Position numbers and translations under genes: made by a program. From Marsupella aquatica (Eukaryota; Plantae; Marchantiophyta): a DNA stretch of 64,000 nucleotides. The DNA lies in contig OZ316891.1 in the NCBI GenBank assembly GCA_973895155.1, positions 26,715,972-26,779,971 on the forward strand, written 5' to 3'. Shown here in pieces: positions 24,861 through 38,700 of this stretch (its first letter is position 1; each line of letters opens with the position of its first letter). The notes beneath the pieces were generated by a model, which ran no database searches, was not told where the DNA came from, and saw only the letters and a list, made by a program, of their open reading frames with translations.

Positions 24861-27800
24861 ATGTCGACCACCAAGGTCACGTACTCGTCGGGAAGCTCGG
24901 CAATCTCGAAGCACAGCGTGCGGATAGCGCAGACCACCGCGGATGCCAGGCTGCAGGCGGTCTTCGAGGAGTCTGGCGAGTCGGGGGACTCATTTGATTA
25001 TACGAAATCGATCAATGCGAGCAAGTCGACCGGAGAGAGTGTCCCCGCTCAGGCCGTTACGGCCTACCTCCAACGCATGCAGCGAGGAGGCCTCACTCAG
25101 ACATTCGGATGTATGCTGGCTGTGGAGGAGAGCAACTTCAAGGTCCTGGCGTACAGCGAAAATGCTCCCGAAATGCTCGAGCTGATGCCGCAAGCTGTGC
25201 CCTCGATTGGGCAGCGGGACCTTTTAGGGCTGGGCACGGATGCTCGCTCGCTCTTCAATTCCAACAGTGCGGCAGCTCTCGAGAAGGCTGCAGGAGCTTT
25301 GGATGCCAGCATGTTCAACCCCATCTCGGTGCAATGCAAGAGCTCCGGGAAGCCCTTCTATGCCATTGTGCACCGCATTGACGTAGGGCTGGTCTTTGAT
25401 TTCGAGCCTGTGAGGCCGAACGATCCCTCTGTCTCCGCAGCTGGTGCTCTCCAGTCTCACAAGCTCGCTGCCAAGGCAATTGCACGGTTACAGTCCCTCC
25501 CGGGAGGAGATATTGGCCTGCTTTGTGACACCGTCGTGGAGGAGGTGAGGGAGCTGACTGGGTATGACCGGGTGATGGCATACAAATTCCACGAGGATGA
25601 GCATGGGGAGGTTGTGGCTGAAATCAGGAGGTCTGATCTGGAGCCTTATCTGGGCTTGCACTACCCTGCTACAGATATTCCCCAGGCCTCCCGGTTCCTA
25701 TTCTTGAAAAACAGAGTGAGGATGATTTGTGATTGCTGTGCTTCACCTGTGAAGGTGATCCAAGGGAAGGACTTGAGACAGCCCCTCAGCCTGGCCGGCT
25801 CCACTCTAAGAGCTCCCCATGGGTGCCACGCTCAATATATGGGCAACATGGGTTCGATTGCCTCTTTGGTCATGGCCGTGATAATCAATGACAACGATGA
25901 GGATTACAGTGGGAGGGGTTATCAGCAAAAGGGCAGGAAGTTGTGGGGCCTGGTTGTTTGCCACCATACGAACCCTCGGTCAGTTCCCTTTCCCTTGCGC
26001 TCAGCTTGTGAATTCTTAATGCAGGTGTTTGGCCTGCAGCTCAACATGGAGGTGGAGCTGGCAGCTCAATTGAGAGAGAAACACATCCTGCGCACACAGA
26101 CGCTCTTGTGTGACATGCTGCTCCGTGACGCACCCATTGGAATTGTATCGCAGTCTCCCAACATTATGGACTTAGTGAAGTGTGATGGAGCTGCTCTTTA
26201 TTATGGCAAACGGTATTGGCTCTTGGGCACCACCCCCGCTGAGCCTCAGATTAAGGATATTGCCGACTGGCTCCTGGAATATCATAAGGACTCCACTGGC
26301 CTTAGCACAGATAGTATGGCTGATGCCGGGTATCCTGGTGCAGCATCACTCGGTGATGCAGTGTGTGGAATGGCGGCAGCTAAAATCACGCCCAAGGACT
26401 TTCTTTTTTGGTTCCGGTCTCACACAGCCAAGGAGATCAAGTGGGGAGGTGCTAAGCATGACCCGGATGAAAAGGATGACGGCAGAAAAATGCATCCGCG
26501 TTCTTCATTCAAGGCGTTCTTGGAGGTGGTGAAACGCAGGAGTCTGCCCTGGGAAGATGTCGAGATGGATGCCATTCATTCCTTGCAGCTGATTCTCCGG
26601 GGCTCATTCCAAGATATTGACGACAGTGACACTAAGACAATGATTCATGCTCGCCTGAATGATCTGAAGCTGCAAGGTATGGACGAGCTGAGCACTGTGG
26701 CTAATGAAATGGTTAGGCTAATCGAGACAGCCACTGCCCCAATATTGGCGGTTGATTCCAATGGTTTCGTTAACGGATGGAATGCGAAGGTAGCCGAACT
26801 GACAGGTCTTCCAGTCAGCGAGGCAATGGGCAGGTCTTTGGTGAAGGATCTGGTACTGGACGAGTCTGTGGAGACAGTGGAGAGATTGCTCTACTTAGCC
26901 TTGCAAGGTCAGTGAATTCCTCCTGGTTTTGACGCACCTGAGTTGAATTTGTCAAGAGATTAGTGAGCGCTCAGAGCGAATGTGCTCAATGCATCCAAAT
27001 TCTATGGGTCTTGAGAGAACGGCAACGCAAGTCGTTTGTTACATCGAATGTTCAAATCATATGCTGGATTGTTATTGGCAATTATGTAGACCGGTTCAGT
27101 ATGTGTAATAGAGAAGAGCTCACGAAATTATAAGCCTGGTAAAATCTTCTAATCCTCGCAATGGTTTCCTAAGTTTGGATCTAGTGAATGGTTTTCGAAA
27201 TCCACTAGCGAGTTTTAGCAAGAGGAAAGTCTCGTGGAACAGAAAAGTAAGTCTGGTTGGACTGAGCTTGCAGCTTGAGAAATTTTGGCGACTTGGCTGC
27301 TTAGAAGGATTCAAATGAGGGGGGTCTAGAGTATGCGGACTTTAAAATTTGGAATTCCTACGTTGCAGGTGAGGAGGAACAGAATGTTGAGATTAAGCTC
27401 CGGACGTTTGGGAGCAGTCAAAACGAGAAAGGAGCTGTCATTTTGATCGTGAATGCCTGCTCCAGTAGAGATGTGACAGAGAACGTGGTCGGAGTATGTT
27501 TTGTCGGTCAAGATGTGACTGGACAGAAAGTCGTGATGGACAAGTTCACGCGCATCCAGGGCGACTACAGGGCTATTGTGCAAAATCCTAATCCTCTCAT
27601 CCCCCCAATCTTCGGGGCTGACGAGTTTGGGTACTGCTCGGAATGGAACTCAGCAATGGAGAAATTATCTGGGTGGAAAAGAGAGGAGGTCATTGGAAAG
27701 ATGCTCATCGGGGAGATCTTTGGCGTGCAGATGATGTGCTGCAGGCTCAAAGGCCAGGATGCCATGACCAAGCTTATGATTGTCCTTAACAGTGCCATGG

Positions 27801-29462
27801 CTGGGCAAGATTCAGAAAAGTTCCCATTTGCCTTCTTTGATCGGCAAGGGAAGTATGTGGAGGCTCTCCTCACAGCTAACAAGAGAACGGATTCTGAAGG
27901 GTCTATCACCGGTGTTTTCTGCTTTCTGCACATAGCAAGTATGGAACTCCAACAAGCTTTGACAGTCCAGCGAGCAACCGAGAAGGTTGCATTTGCGAAG
28001 CTGAAGGAACTCGCTTATATTCGCCAGGAAATCAAGAACCCCCTGTATGGGATTGTCTTCACTCGAAACTTAATGCAGGAGACTGATCTCACCGAAGACC
28101 AAAAGCAGTTTGTAGAGACCAGTGCAGTCTGTGAGAGGCAGCTGAGGAAAATCTTGGATGACATGGATGTGGAAAGTATCGAAGCAGGGTGAGGTTTCTA
28201 CTTTCCCAGATGTATTACGAATGGCTATCATGCATAGCATTGTTTTGTTTGTTTGGTTTATGTCCTTTCTATTTATAATATGGTGCTAAGCAGTCCCATT
28301 AGTTCGTTTTCGCTAGCTACAGTATTTGGTGAATGGTATGAAGCTCTCAGAAAGATTCATTGGTCTGTAGATGTTTCACCTGACCTGATTGGCGCTGGAA
28401 GCAGGTACTTGGAGCTTGACACAACAGAGTTCATGATGGGGACAGTTATGGATGCAGTAATCAGCCAAGGAATGATAACTTCAAGAGAAAAAGGGCTACA
28501 ATTAATACGGGAAACCCCTAGGGAAATCAAAACTATGTGTTTATTCGGGGACCAAGTACGGCTTCAGCAAGTATTGGCGGACTTTTTATTAAATGCAATT
28601 CGTTTCACCCCTTCATCGGAAGGCTGGGTAGGAATAAAGGTGGTTCCGTCAAGACGGCGATTAGGAGGTGGCTTACACGTCGTCCACTTAGAATTCAGGT
28701 AGTAAGTTAACCCACGTCAAGCTTTTTCATTGTCGTTTAATGCAGAAATCTGATTCACATGAATTTGGTCAGAGTTATCTTGTGGGACTGTTTTTGAGGG
28801 GAATATATCCTCTTTTCTTACAGATTTCTAGTTGAATTTATGTCTCATGATATTTTTAGGTATAGGTTTGAGTCAATCTAGTTAAAAGCTTGCGATAGAC
28901 GGGATCAGCATACATACAAGCCATCCCTCTTTGAGTGAAAGTTCAATTTATGACAGTAGCTTGGGATACATCCTAGTTTGAGATTGTACAGGATCGAAGG
29001 CTTAAGAGAACTTCATTAGCTGCCACCGTATACGTTGCTGGACAGGCTAGGAACTCGGACGACCCAGATCTTAGTGTCAAGCATTATTTGTGTCGAGAGG
29101 GTCCAATGTATTGCAAATTGCCATTGAGGCTATTGAACGACTTGTGTTAATGTATACTTAAGTGGCATGCAACTTCTTTAGTGTTAAGGATCAGGTCTGA
29201 TTCTGTGGTATCTGTGTGCTCTAATAATGATTGATGCAGAGTAACACATCCTGGAGCTGGTCTTCCGGAGGAATTGGTCCAAGAGATGTTTGACCGGGGA
29301 CGGGGTATGACACAAGAAGGACTGGGCCTTAGCATGTGTCGAAAATTAGTGAAACTTATGAATGGGGATGTGCAATATATCCGGGAAGCAGGTAAGTGCT
29401 ACTTTCTTGTAAATGTCGAGCTGCCTTTGACGCAGAGGGATGATGCGGGCAGCGTGAAGTAG
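24861..29462 (+). CDS. PHY: Canonical plant phytochrome (PAS-GAF-PHY-PAS-PAS-HKRD), 1127 aa, 4 exons
   Basis: Exons 24861-26907, 27369-28188, 28405-28698 and 29240-29462 (3384 nt, all GT-AG, at the conserved phytochrome intron positions). The chromophore Cys is in [11 protein letters not shown] (TGC 25824-25826). DIPQASR and MHPRSSF motifs are present, and the HKRD reads [10 protein letters not shown] without the phospho-His, as usual for plant phytochromes. Confidence 0.98.
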
Positions 29463-32400
29463 CCGGTGCTTGTGGTAGTGGGCACCGATACAATTTTCCT
29501 AGCGCGGCACAAGTTTGTGGATTATCCTCTACTTCTGGGAGTACTGGAGCCAACCCTGAATCATGTTCCTCTCACAAACTGGATGAAAGCTGGGTACATG
29601 ATGGTGGATATACATCTCACAGGAGTTTCACAGCATCCAAACCTACCCGAGGTTCATATGTAGGATCATTTCATTGTCAATACACATGATGATCTCCCCC
29701 AGTATCTGGGTGATTTCAAAGGTCAGGTTTAGGAAACCAGAGTGCCAGTCTGATAAGCTTAGCATAAATTATGTCTTTCTTCATCAGCTTGGTCAGCTAC
29801 ATTTGTAGTGGACAACCAAGTCAAGTTGTCTGTCTGGATGAGTTGGTGTTCGTTGAAACCTGGCAAGAGTTTCAACTTATAAATGTATTGCGCCATATGT
29901 ACAGTAGACAGTAGCTACTAACCTGGGCGTTTCTAATTCCAGAAGTAGTTCCCAACCAGCGGGACCACTTTCATGGTCATTGTCGGCTTAATTGGGTTTT
30001 GGAGCTTTGATGTCTTGGTCAATACCGTCCCTTAGGCTGGCAACAGAGCATTGGCGAACCGCTGATCACAAAGGGAGAAATCCTACATTGATGCGAGGCA
30101 CAAGAGCCCATGCTCATAACCAATTTTCCGTTGTAGGCTTTTCTCAAGTTCCAAGGGTTGTAAGATTTGGTGGGAAAACCACCTTGTTAACCCGTGTGAT
30201 AGTTGCCTTCAGGCTATATTGCTTTGGCCAATCTCAGGATAAGTCCTCTCGTGCTTTTCTGTGTATGTGTTTTCTAGTGTTCCCAGACATTTCTCTCAAA
30301 ATTATGAATTGTGGCCCCTGTGTTTCTGTACAAGTGCCCGGACACTTCCACTGGTATACCTGCTTGTGTGCATCTTGGTGTTGAATCAAGATCCGTGGAC
30401 AAAGAATCAAGGGACTCGCCGCTGAAATTCTGTGAAAAGGATAGATTTAACTTGGTCACTGAATACTAAAGACATCAGAAATCTTGCAACTGTTTGTTTG
30501 AGAAATGCCTCAGCTGGTTGTAGAACCTCGTACCGAAGGTCATGCGGTTTGGATTTTCAAAGTATCCAACAAAATACACCTATGTCAACTAGTTGTACTT
30601 AGCGAAGTGGTCTACGATTTCATGTCTGCAGTGCAGGAGGTCCCCAATCAAGTCCAGCACACCGGACGTCCCGCTAGTATGACACGCACTATATTTACAT
30701 GCAAGTTATGAGTGTCAAATAACCAAAGCTCAATTTCTAGATCACGTTTTCTATAATGATTTCAGAAATGTGAGTACTGTGTTTCCAATGTACATGCCAT
30801 CTGGGGTTAGGTGTCGACATGGAAAGGAAAGGACCCAGTGGAGAGCAACCTTGTGTCCTGTCGTGGGATGGATATAGCATGTTCATCCTCGAAGTTCTTA
30901 CTTTCGTCTTGCCCAATCAAATTAGAATTTATGCATTTTTCTGTGAGTTTATGGCAAAACGGATATTTTGCTAAAATCGCTATACTTGGGCATTCTTGGT
31001 TGTCGGCCGAGGGGGGAGGTTTGGGATTCGGATGGATAAGTGAGGAGGGCCACTTATATTAAGTGGAGTTGTGAGTTGCGTCTTGCTCTAGAGTCGTCAG
31101 GTCTTAACCTCATTTTCTCACAACCCAGCCTAATTCTCTAGCTAACGCCTTGTAAAACTAGGAGAACTTTGGTCCGCTTATTGTGAGCTTCCGAAAGTAC
31201 TGCTCTTACCCCCGCTCTTACCTTGACCGATTCCCTGTCAGAGTACGAGGGACATGCGTGCTCACAGTAATTAATCGACGTCCAGATAAGCTTTTGTTGG
31301 CCTGATACGAATTGATAGTAAAATACAGTAGCAATGCCCTAAATCTGCTTAACGTCATGGGAGACTTGAGTACTAAATGCAGTGTTGCAAAGCGAATTTG
31401 AGGAAGTCTGAAGTTAGAGAGGAGTCTTGGTGCCTTAGAAACCTGCATTGGCGCCCTCGCCATAGCTTGAGGCTTCGATCAAGCAGTGTGTAAAAGAGGA
31501 CTGCATATTTGCATAAATCACTCAACCATAATTGATCCAAAGGGGTGACTCAGCTCGATGATTGGTGTTTATTGTCTTCGAAGTACACGAACTGCATCAG
31601 TTTCTTTTGGGCGCAAAGACTTCAACTCGACCAAGACTGTCTGAAAGTAAACAGTCATAGACCAAAAGAATTGATGAGAGGACGGAATGAACGAGCTTTC
31701 GCAAAAAATAATCAACCTCAATTCTTTGTTTCCTGAGTCCTTTTTCCTGGTCTAGTATGGAACCTCATCCCTCAGTGAACCAGCCATTTTTTTCTTGTTT
31801 TTAAACATCAGCCAAGGTGTCTACGGGGATGTCTACTATTTAACCCTACATATAAGCACAGGTCCGGTTATGGAGTATTTTCTTTCAATTGTTATACATT
31901 ACTTTGTCCTAGTTAACATTCCCCTATACTGCATTAGATGGAGGCAAATGGTCAGACTTTTTAAATTTCAGTCTGAATATCATTAGCCTGTGTTTTTGGT
32001 AAGTGATTGGGCTGATTTTGCCCACAAAAAAATGGCTGGGCTCAACTAAGGAAATAGTGCCCATCAGTCTGTCGAGAACTTTGCCAAAGGTTTTAAGACA
32101 TCGCAAAGTCTTCGATGAAAACATATCGACAGTGGCCATTTAAGTAGTATTAGCCTCCTTGTAAGCATTAAAGCACAAATAATGACAAGGTGCACAAACT
32201 AGTTTCTTTCATCTTCTTTAAGCAAAAGCAAAAATGCGCCATTGTATGCAATTCTTGTTAGATGAAGAAGCTTAGGGGGAAAGGATTGTCCAGTCAAAAA
32301 GAAAGCTTGTGTTTGGTCTAGCCATTGAGCTCTTCTTTTTGCAAAGGTTGCAAATTCACCTTAAATAGTGTGATCAAGTGTTTGATGTACGGAGAAGACT

Positions 32401-32808
32401 CCTATACCCAGCACTGAGAAGTTTCTCGAATTGCAGTTATGATGTTGTGCAAATACATATAAGTGCAATATAAACCTTCATCCAAAGGGCTTGCACTTAC
32501 AGAGATTAGACCTGAGAGAAAGATCAGATAGCACCAACCAAAATATAAGAAAAACATTGTATGAACTGCATAGTACACCAATCCAAGACCAGCACAAAGC
32601 CATCTAGGTAGAGACTAAATTTTCAAGGTGCATTAGTGCCTGCTACAAGATATCTAAGATGGATGGCTAATGCTTAGGCCTGCTCAAATGTTGCTACAAT
32701 CGGTTGACAGAATGAACTGATTCATCTTGCTCATTTGACTTGTAAGTTTGCAATCCATTGACGGAATGAATTGAATTGATCCGTTGACAGAAATGACCTG
32801 ATTCATCT

Positions 32809-33152
32809 TGTTAGATATTGCTCTAGTCTTGTGACTCATGAGCTAACTATAGTTAAGCTAACTCGGGTTAGGACTTAGCTAATGTTAACGGTAGTGCTGT
32901 TGTGCATATAGCCAGGGCTGATGCCAGACCTTGGTGGAACAAAGGCTCATTGTTATGGAGCTAGTTGAGAGATAGGAAGAGTTTGTGCTGTGGATGCTTG
33001 GTATGGCCGGTCGGCCTAGAGTGCAGTAAAGCTCTTGTATGTTCCCGTGGACGTAGCCTCATGTGGAGGTGAACCACGTATCTCTCTGTGTCGACTATTG
33101 TGCGTTGGATGGTTCATGGGCTTGCCGTTACGAATGTCGTCTATGCTCAACA
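32809..33152 (+). repeat. 5' LTR
   Basis: TGTTAGATATTG...TGCTCAACA; differs from the 3' LTR at 4 positions, all A/G transitions. Confidence 0.97.
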
Positions 33153-33154
33153 AG

Positions 33155-33166
33155 TGGTATCAGAGC
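33155..33166 (+). promoter_or_regulatory. Primer-binding site complementary to initiator tRNA-Met
   Basis: TGGTATCAGAGC, 2 nt after the 5' LTR. Confidence 0.93.
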
Positions 33167-34706
33167 ATGCCTGGGAGGTGACGAGGTTTTTTCGTGACGT
33201 GTTTTTCCAGCGTTCATTGTCGATGGCACATTCGGAGTTTCATCGCATGAAACTTGAATGTGTGTGGCTGAGCGGATAGGTTAGTGAGAGGGCTTTCTAA
33301 CGGTGGTTAGAACTCGTTGATCGGTATCCGTGGTGCGGAGGAATCAAAGTCTGCGTCGTTCAAGGTTTATTCGTGTTCGACGGGATTTCGGGGGAGAGAC
33401 CAGAATTCGCGTTTTTCAACAGTGTGAGCTGTGCTGTGCGGTGCGGGAGGCGTCGCATGTTGTAGCTCAAGTTGAAGGTTGAAGCAAGCTGATCGTTTCG
33501 GTAATTGATTTGTTGCCGAGTTGTTACCGAGTGCAACGTGACGAGTGACGGAGGCGTTCAGGTTTTTTCACAAGCTATGGAGCTTGTTCTCATCTGAACC
33601 GGGTTTCTCTTCGTGACGTCCGACTCGGTGGAAGCAACGCGAAGTGCTACGGCTCAACGGTTTGATCGCAGCGAAGCGGTCGTTTTGAGTCCGGGATTGG
33701 CACTTGACACGGAGTGAGTGTGACGCAGTGGAAATTTTTTTCTCTGCTGGAGCTGCAGACTGTGCTGGTGCAATTCGGCAACATTTCCCGTCGGCGGCGT
33801 TCACTTTACTCGTGAGAAGCAGCGGCGTTCAAGGTGTGTAAACGGCTTTTTTGTTTTAAAGTCAAATCTTGGCTTAGGTTAGGGCCACTTTTGGTGTGTA
33901 TACACACCCTCCCGGCCCTTGGTCCCCCATCCTTTCCCCTTGTACGCCTGACCCCCACCCCCCCGTACCTTGTTTTCCCCTCATCCATCAGCCGCGGCGA
34001 CGAGCTGCGCCACACCGGCCGGCGCTTTTTGTGCGCTCGTACGCCCTCCGCCATACTGTGTCGGTCGCTACCGCGGCACCGCCCTGTCATCGTATGCCCA
34101 GCCCTTTGCGGCTGTACCCTCGTCCCGCCCCGATGCCGGCCATATGCCCTTCGTACCCCCGGCCCTTTACGGGGTATTTTAGGCGTTAAGGGGCTTAAGC
34201 ACCCCCTTTAGTGCCCATTTTTAGCCTTTTTTCCCTCTCATTAGTTTGTCCCATGTGCCGGGACCTGCCGCCCTCCGTTTTAACCGCTTGGACAGGGGGA
34301 ACTACCCCCTGTGAGACCTGCTGTACTGTGCGGGAATATTCCCAAAAAACAGAGAGCTGTTTTTTGGTCGTCCGACAAAGATTCTGTCCGCCGAACGGTA
34401 ACTTTTTTGGTTCTTTTTTGGCGAGGACGTTGCCACTAGAGTTAGCAACGCGGCGCACCGATCACATTGCAATTCCAATGACGGGTTGTACTGGGTATTT
34501 TGGTTATTCTCCGAGGTGGTCAAAACGGGGGAGTTTCCCAAGGTTTTACCCACCCCAACCAAAATTTGAATAACTTTTCCGTCGAATTTTGATTTTGATT
34601 TTGGCTTTCAGTATTGGACTCCTAGCTTCGTGGGCTACGCGGCGGTGTTGAGTTTTGAGTTTTATGAGAAGTTTTGAAAAAAGACGTTTTTTCGTGATTG
34701 TTTCAT

Positions 34707-35762
34707 ATGAGTGACTCGGAGGATACTAGAAGAATTGGCATCGGTGGAGCTTTAGGATCGCGACGGTCAGACGGAGAGTCTGAGGAGGAGCTGCTACCAT
34801 TTGAGGAAGAACTAGTGACACCGGTACGATCACCGGTGCGGCGTGCAGTGGAGGAAGTTGTGTTACTACCAGAGCTGTCGGTAGTAGGGAAGAAGAGGGA
34901 GATGGCTAGATTTGGAGGAGTAAAGTTTGAGGTGGAGAAGTACGATGGTCGTACTGACTACTTGCTGTGGGAGAAGCAAGTGAAGGGTGTTCTATGGGCC
35001 ATGGGCTTAGCTCATCTGCTCTCTTCGCGAGAGCAGTATGATGGAGAGGAGGAGATTTCTTTGAGACAATGGAGACAGGAGCAGGTGATTGCTGTCAATG
35101 CAATGATGCTATATCTCAAGCCGCACATCATCAGGCAGCTGGATGATTATGCGGATTGCGCGTCACTATTCAAGGCTCTAAGAGAGAAGTACTACCGGAA
35201 AGATGCGTCAGACCGGCTGTACAAGAAGTCTCTCTTGATGAGCCTCAGGCTCAAGGAAGGGAGCAAGATGCAGGATCACCTGGATGAGTTTGATAGTCTA
35301 GCGGTTGATCTGTCAAACCTGGGAAAAGGAGTTGAAGATGAGGATAAGGCCTTGCTTCTGCTAAGCTCCTTACCGTCGTCTTATCAGGGCTTGAAACATG
35401 TGCTCTTGTACAGAGATCTGAAGTCCATTTCGTATAATGAGGTGGTGAGCTCTTTACTGTCTGATGATGCTCAGAAGAAGCTGGGTCAATCACAGACAGC
35501 ATCTTCTTCTGGCACTACGCTCAATGTGAACAGGGGAAGAGCAACGCAGCGCATGAATGGGCAGAACAGGTTTAGATCTACATCACGGGGGAGATCTAAA
35601 TCCAGAGGAAAATTGCAAGAGAGGAAGCCTCTTGCATGTTGGAATTGTGGCAAGCCAGGCCACATGAAAAGGGATTGTCGAGTAAAGGTCCCTACTGCCT
35701 CTGCTAACGTAGCATCGAGCTCGCATGAGGTAGATTTACTCGATGATGATGACATATTGTGA
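34707..35762 (+). CDS. gag: Copia Gag (351 aa)
   Basis: KFEVEKYDGRTDYLLW, LLSSLPSSY and the zinc knuckle CWNCGKPGHMKRDC; ends DDDDIL-TGA. Confidence 0.92.
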   Translation: MSDSEDTRRIGIGGALGSRRSDGESEEELLPFEEELVTPVRSPVRRAVEEVVLLPELSVVGKKREMARFGGVKFEVEKYDGRTDYLLWEKQVKGVLWAMGLAHLLSSREQYDGEEEISLRQWRQEQVIAVNAMMLYLKPHIIRQLDDYADCASLFKALREKYYRKDASDRLYKKSLLMSLRLKEGSKMQDHLDEFDSLAVDLSNLGKGVEDEDKALLLLSSLPSSYQGLKHVLLYRDLKSISYNEVVSSLLSDDAQKKLGQSQTASSSGTTLNVNRGRATQRMNGQNRFRSTSRGRSKSRGKLQERKPLACWNCGKPGHMKRDCRVKVPTASANVASSSHEVDLLDDDDIL

Positions 35763-38700
35763 TGTCAAGGTTATGCTCTCAACGTAGTGTCAAATCCAGG
35801 TAGTGATGATTGGATTCTAGATAGTGCATGTACTTTTCACATTTGCTCTAGAAGAGATTGTTTTAGTTCTTACACGATTTCCAACGGGTCAGTGTTGATG
35901 GGAAATGGAATCCCATGTCAAGTTGTTGGACTTGGATCTGTAAGATTTCAGATGTTTGATGGTGTTGTGAGAACATTGAGGAATGTAAGACATATTCCCA
36001 GCATGATGAAAAATCTCATTTCACTTGGAGTTTTAGAGGCAAATGACCATCATTGGAGTTCTGCTAATGGTGTCCTTCAGGTTTCAACTGGTACTAAAGT
36101 TGTATTGAAGAGAAAGAGACATTGCAATCTATACGTTATGGAGGGCAATGTAGTCTATGATGAAGCCAATGTAACCTTATCTCATGAGGAGACGGCCCGG
36201 CTGTGGCACTTCTGTTTGGGCCACATGAGTGAAAAAGGTTTGGTTATTCTTCAGAAGAAAGGATTACTTTCTAATTTGCAATCTTGTAAGTTGGAATTTT
36301 GTGAGCACTGTGTGCTAGGGAAGCAGCACAGGAAACCCTTCGGAGTTGGAACTCACACCAGCAAGGAGGTACTTGAGTATGTACATAGTGATGTGTGGGG
36401 TCCCGCCCCTACTCCCTCACATTCTGGACGGTTATACTATGTCACGTTCATTGACGATTACTCAAGGTATGTGTGGATATACTTTTTACACAATAAGTTT
36501 GATGTTTTTGCCACTTTTAAGGAGTGGAAAGCCCAAGTTGAAAATCAGACTGGTAATAAGGTGAGATATCTTCGATCGAATAACGGCGGTGAATACAGTT
36601 CTGGTGAATTTGGAACGTATTGTAAGGAGCAGGGGATTACCCGCCATCTCACAACAAGTTATACTCCTCAGCAGAATGGTGTTTCTGAGAGACTCAACCG
36701 AACACTATTGGACCGCTCGAGGAGTATATTGAGTCAATCATGCTTACCACATGAGTTTTGGGCTGAAGTTGCCAACACTGCAGCTTATTTGGTAAATTTT
36801 TCTCCATTCAATTCTATTGGATTCAAGACGCCATTTGAAATGAGGTACGGGCGACCAGCAGATTACTCACATCTGAGGATTTTTGGATGTGATGCTTATG
36901 TGCTTACACCTTCCCAGCTTCGATCCAAGCTGGAGTCCAAGTTGAAGAAGTGCATTTTCCTTGGCTATCAGAAAGGTGTTAAGGGTTATAGGTTATGGGA
37001 TCCAGTAACCTGTAAACTAATTGTCAGTAGAGATGTGTCCTTTAATGAATCCAGATCATCAAAGGAGGGGGAGAGTTCTCAGGACTCCCATACTGACAAG
37101 GGGAAATCTCCTGTCCCGGACCGGGTTGAGGGGGAGATTAGTCATGATGCAGTTCATGACAGGAGAGATGGAGAAGCTTCGGGCTTGGAGCTGGTTCCTG
37201 TGATGGAACAAGAGGAGCAGATTGTTGCTGGGGTACCTCAAATTCAACCAGCAACAGCAGTAGATCAGCCTGAGTCATCTACTAGAAGAACTTCCAGTCG
37301 TTCTACTAGAGCTCCTACCAGGTATGGTCAATGGGCAGACTCATCTAAGCTAGATGATATTGACATTGCACCTGATGAAGATGATATGGCTTTGATCTTG
37401 GAAGAAGGAGAGCCTTCTTCGTATAGTGAGGCTTGTGCTTTAGAGCAGAAGCATGAGTGGAATGCAGCAATGCAGAGGGAGTTGCAATCTTTGAGTGACA
37501 ACAAGACATGGGAACTGGTGGAGCTTCCAAGAGGTCAGCAAGTGGTGGACAGCAAGTGGATTTACAAGTTGAAGGACAGTCCTTCAGAGGGTGGAGATAA
37601 GATCTACAAGGCACGGCTTGTTGCCAAGGGATTCACTCAGGAGAAAGGAGTGGATTACAATGAGGTCTTTTCACCGGTAGCTAAGTATTCCACAATTCGG
37701 ATCTTGTGTCAGCTTGTTGTGTTTTTTGGTCTGGTGATGGATCAGATGGATGTTGTTACAGCTTTTCTCTATGGCAACTTGGAAGAGATGATCTTCATGA
37801 GACAACCACTAGGCTTTATGAAGAAGGGCCAAGAGAACTTAGTTTGCAGATTGCTCAAGTCCTTGTATGGATTGAAGCAGTCTCCCAGACAGTGGAACAA
37901 GCGGTTTGATGATTTCATGCTTGCTCAAGGTTTTACAAGGATGGTGTATGATCCTTGTGTGTATACGAAATCAGTCAAGAATGATGTATTCGGTTTCATC
38001 ATTCTGGTGATCTATGTGGATGACATGCTGATTGTGGCTAAAGATCAATCTGAGGTTGACAGTCTCAAGGCGAAATTGAGTGCTGAATTCAGGATGAAGG
38101 ATCTTGGTAAGTCCAAGAGGATCTTAGGGATGGAGATTTTTAGGAACTCTGAGACTGGACAGTTGTGCTTGAGTCAAGGCCAATATGCGAGGAAAGTACT
38201 TGCACGATTCAACATGGAGAACTGTAAGCCAGTGAGTATTCCTTTAGCTTCACATTTCAAGTTATCATTGGCTTTCTCTCCTACGGATGCTGTGGAGAAA
38301 GGTCTGATGGCTAAGATTCCTTATGAGAAGGCAGTAGGCAGTCTGATGTATTTGATGACTTGTACTAGGCCTGACTTGGCCCTAGCGATGGGCAAGGTCA
38401 GAAGATTCATGTCAAATCCAGGGAAGATACATTGGAAAGCTGTGAAGTGGATTCTCAGGTATCTCAAGGGTACACAGGACTATGGATTACTATTTGATAA
38501 CAGATCAGATAGAACATTAGTTGGCTATGTAGATTCTGACTATGGAGGCTGTCTGGATACAAGGAGGTCTACAACTGGGTTTGTTTACACTCTTGGAGGA
38601 GGATGTATCTGTTGGAAATCTACCTTGCAGAAGTGCATATCTCAGTCTACTACAGAAGCAGAGTATGTTGCAGCAGCAGAAGTAGCAAAGGAAACAATTT

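Noticed and set aside
24861-29462. Chimeric photoreceptor (neochrome or phytochrome-kinase fusion)
   Set aside because: The C-terminal half is the ordinary PAS-PAS-HKRD module with canonical introns; there is no LOV or Ser/Thr kinase domain.
33806-34573. Overlapping ORFs in the copia 5' UTR as extra retroelement genes
   Set aside because: They are short, open in several frames because of high GC, and not preserved as an intact equivalent ORF in the relic copy.
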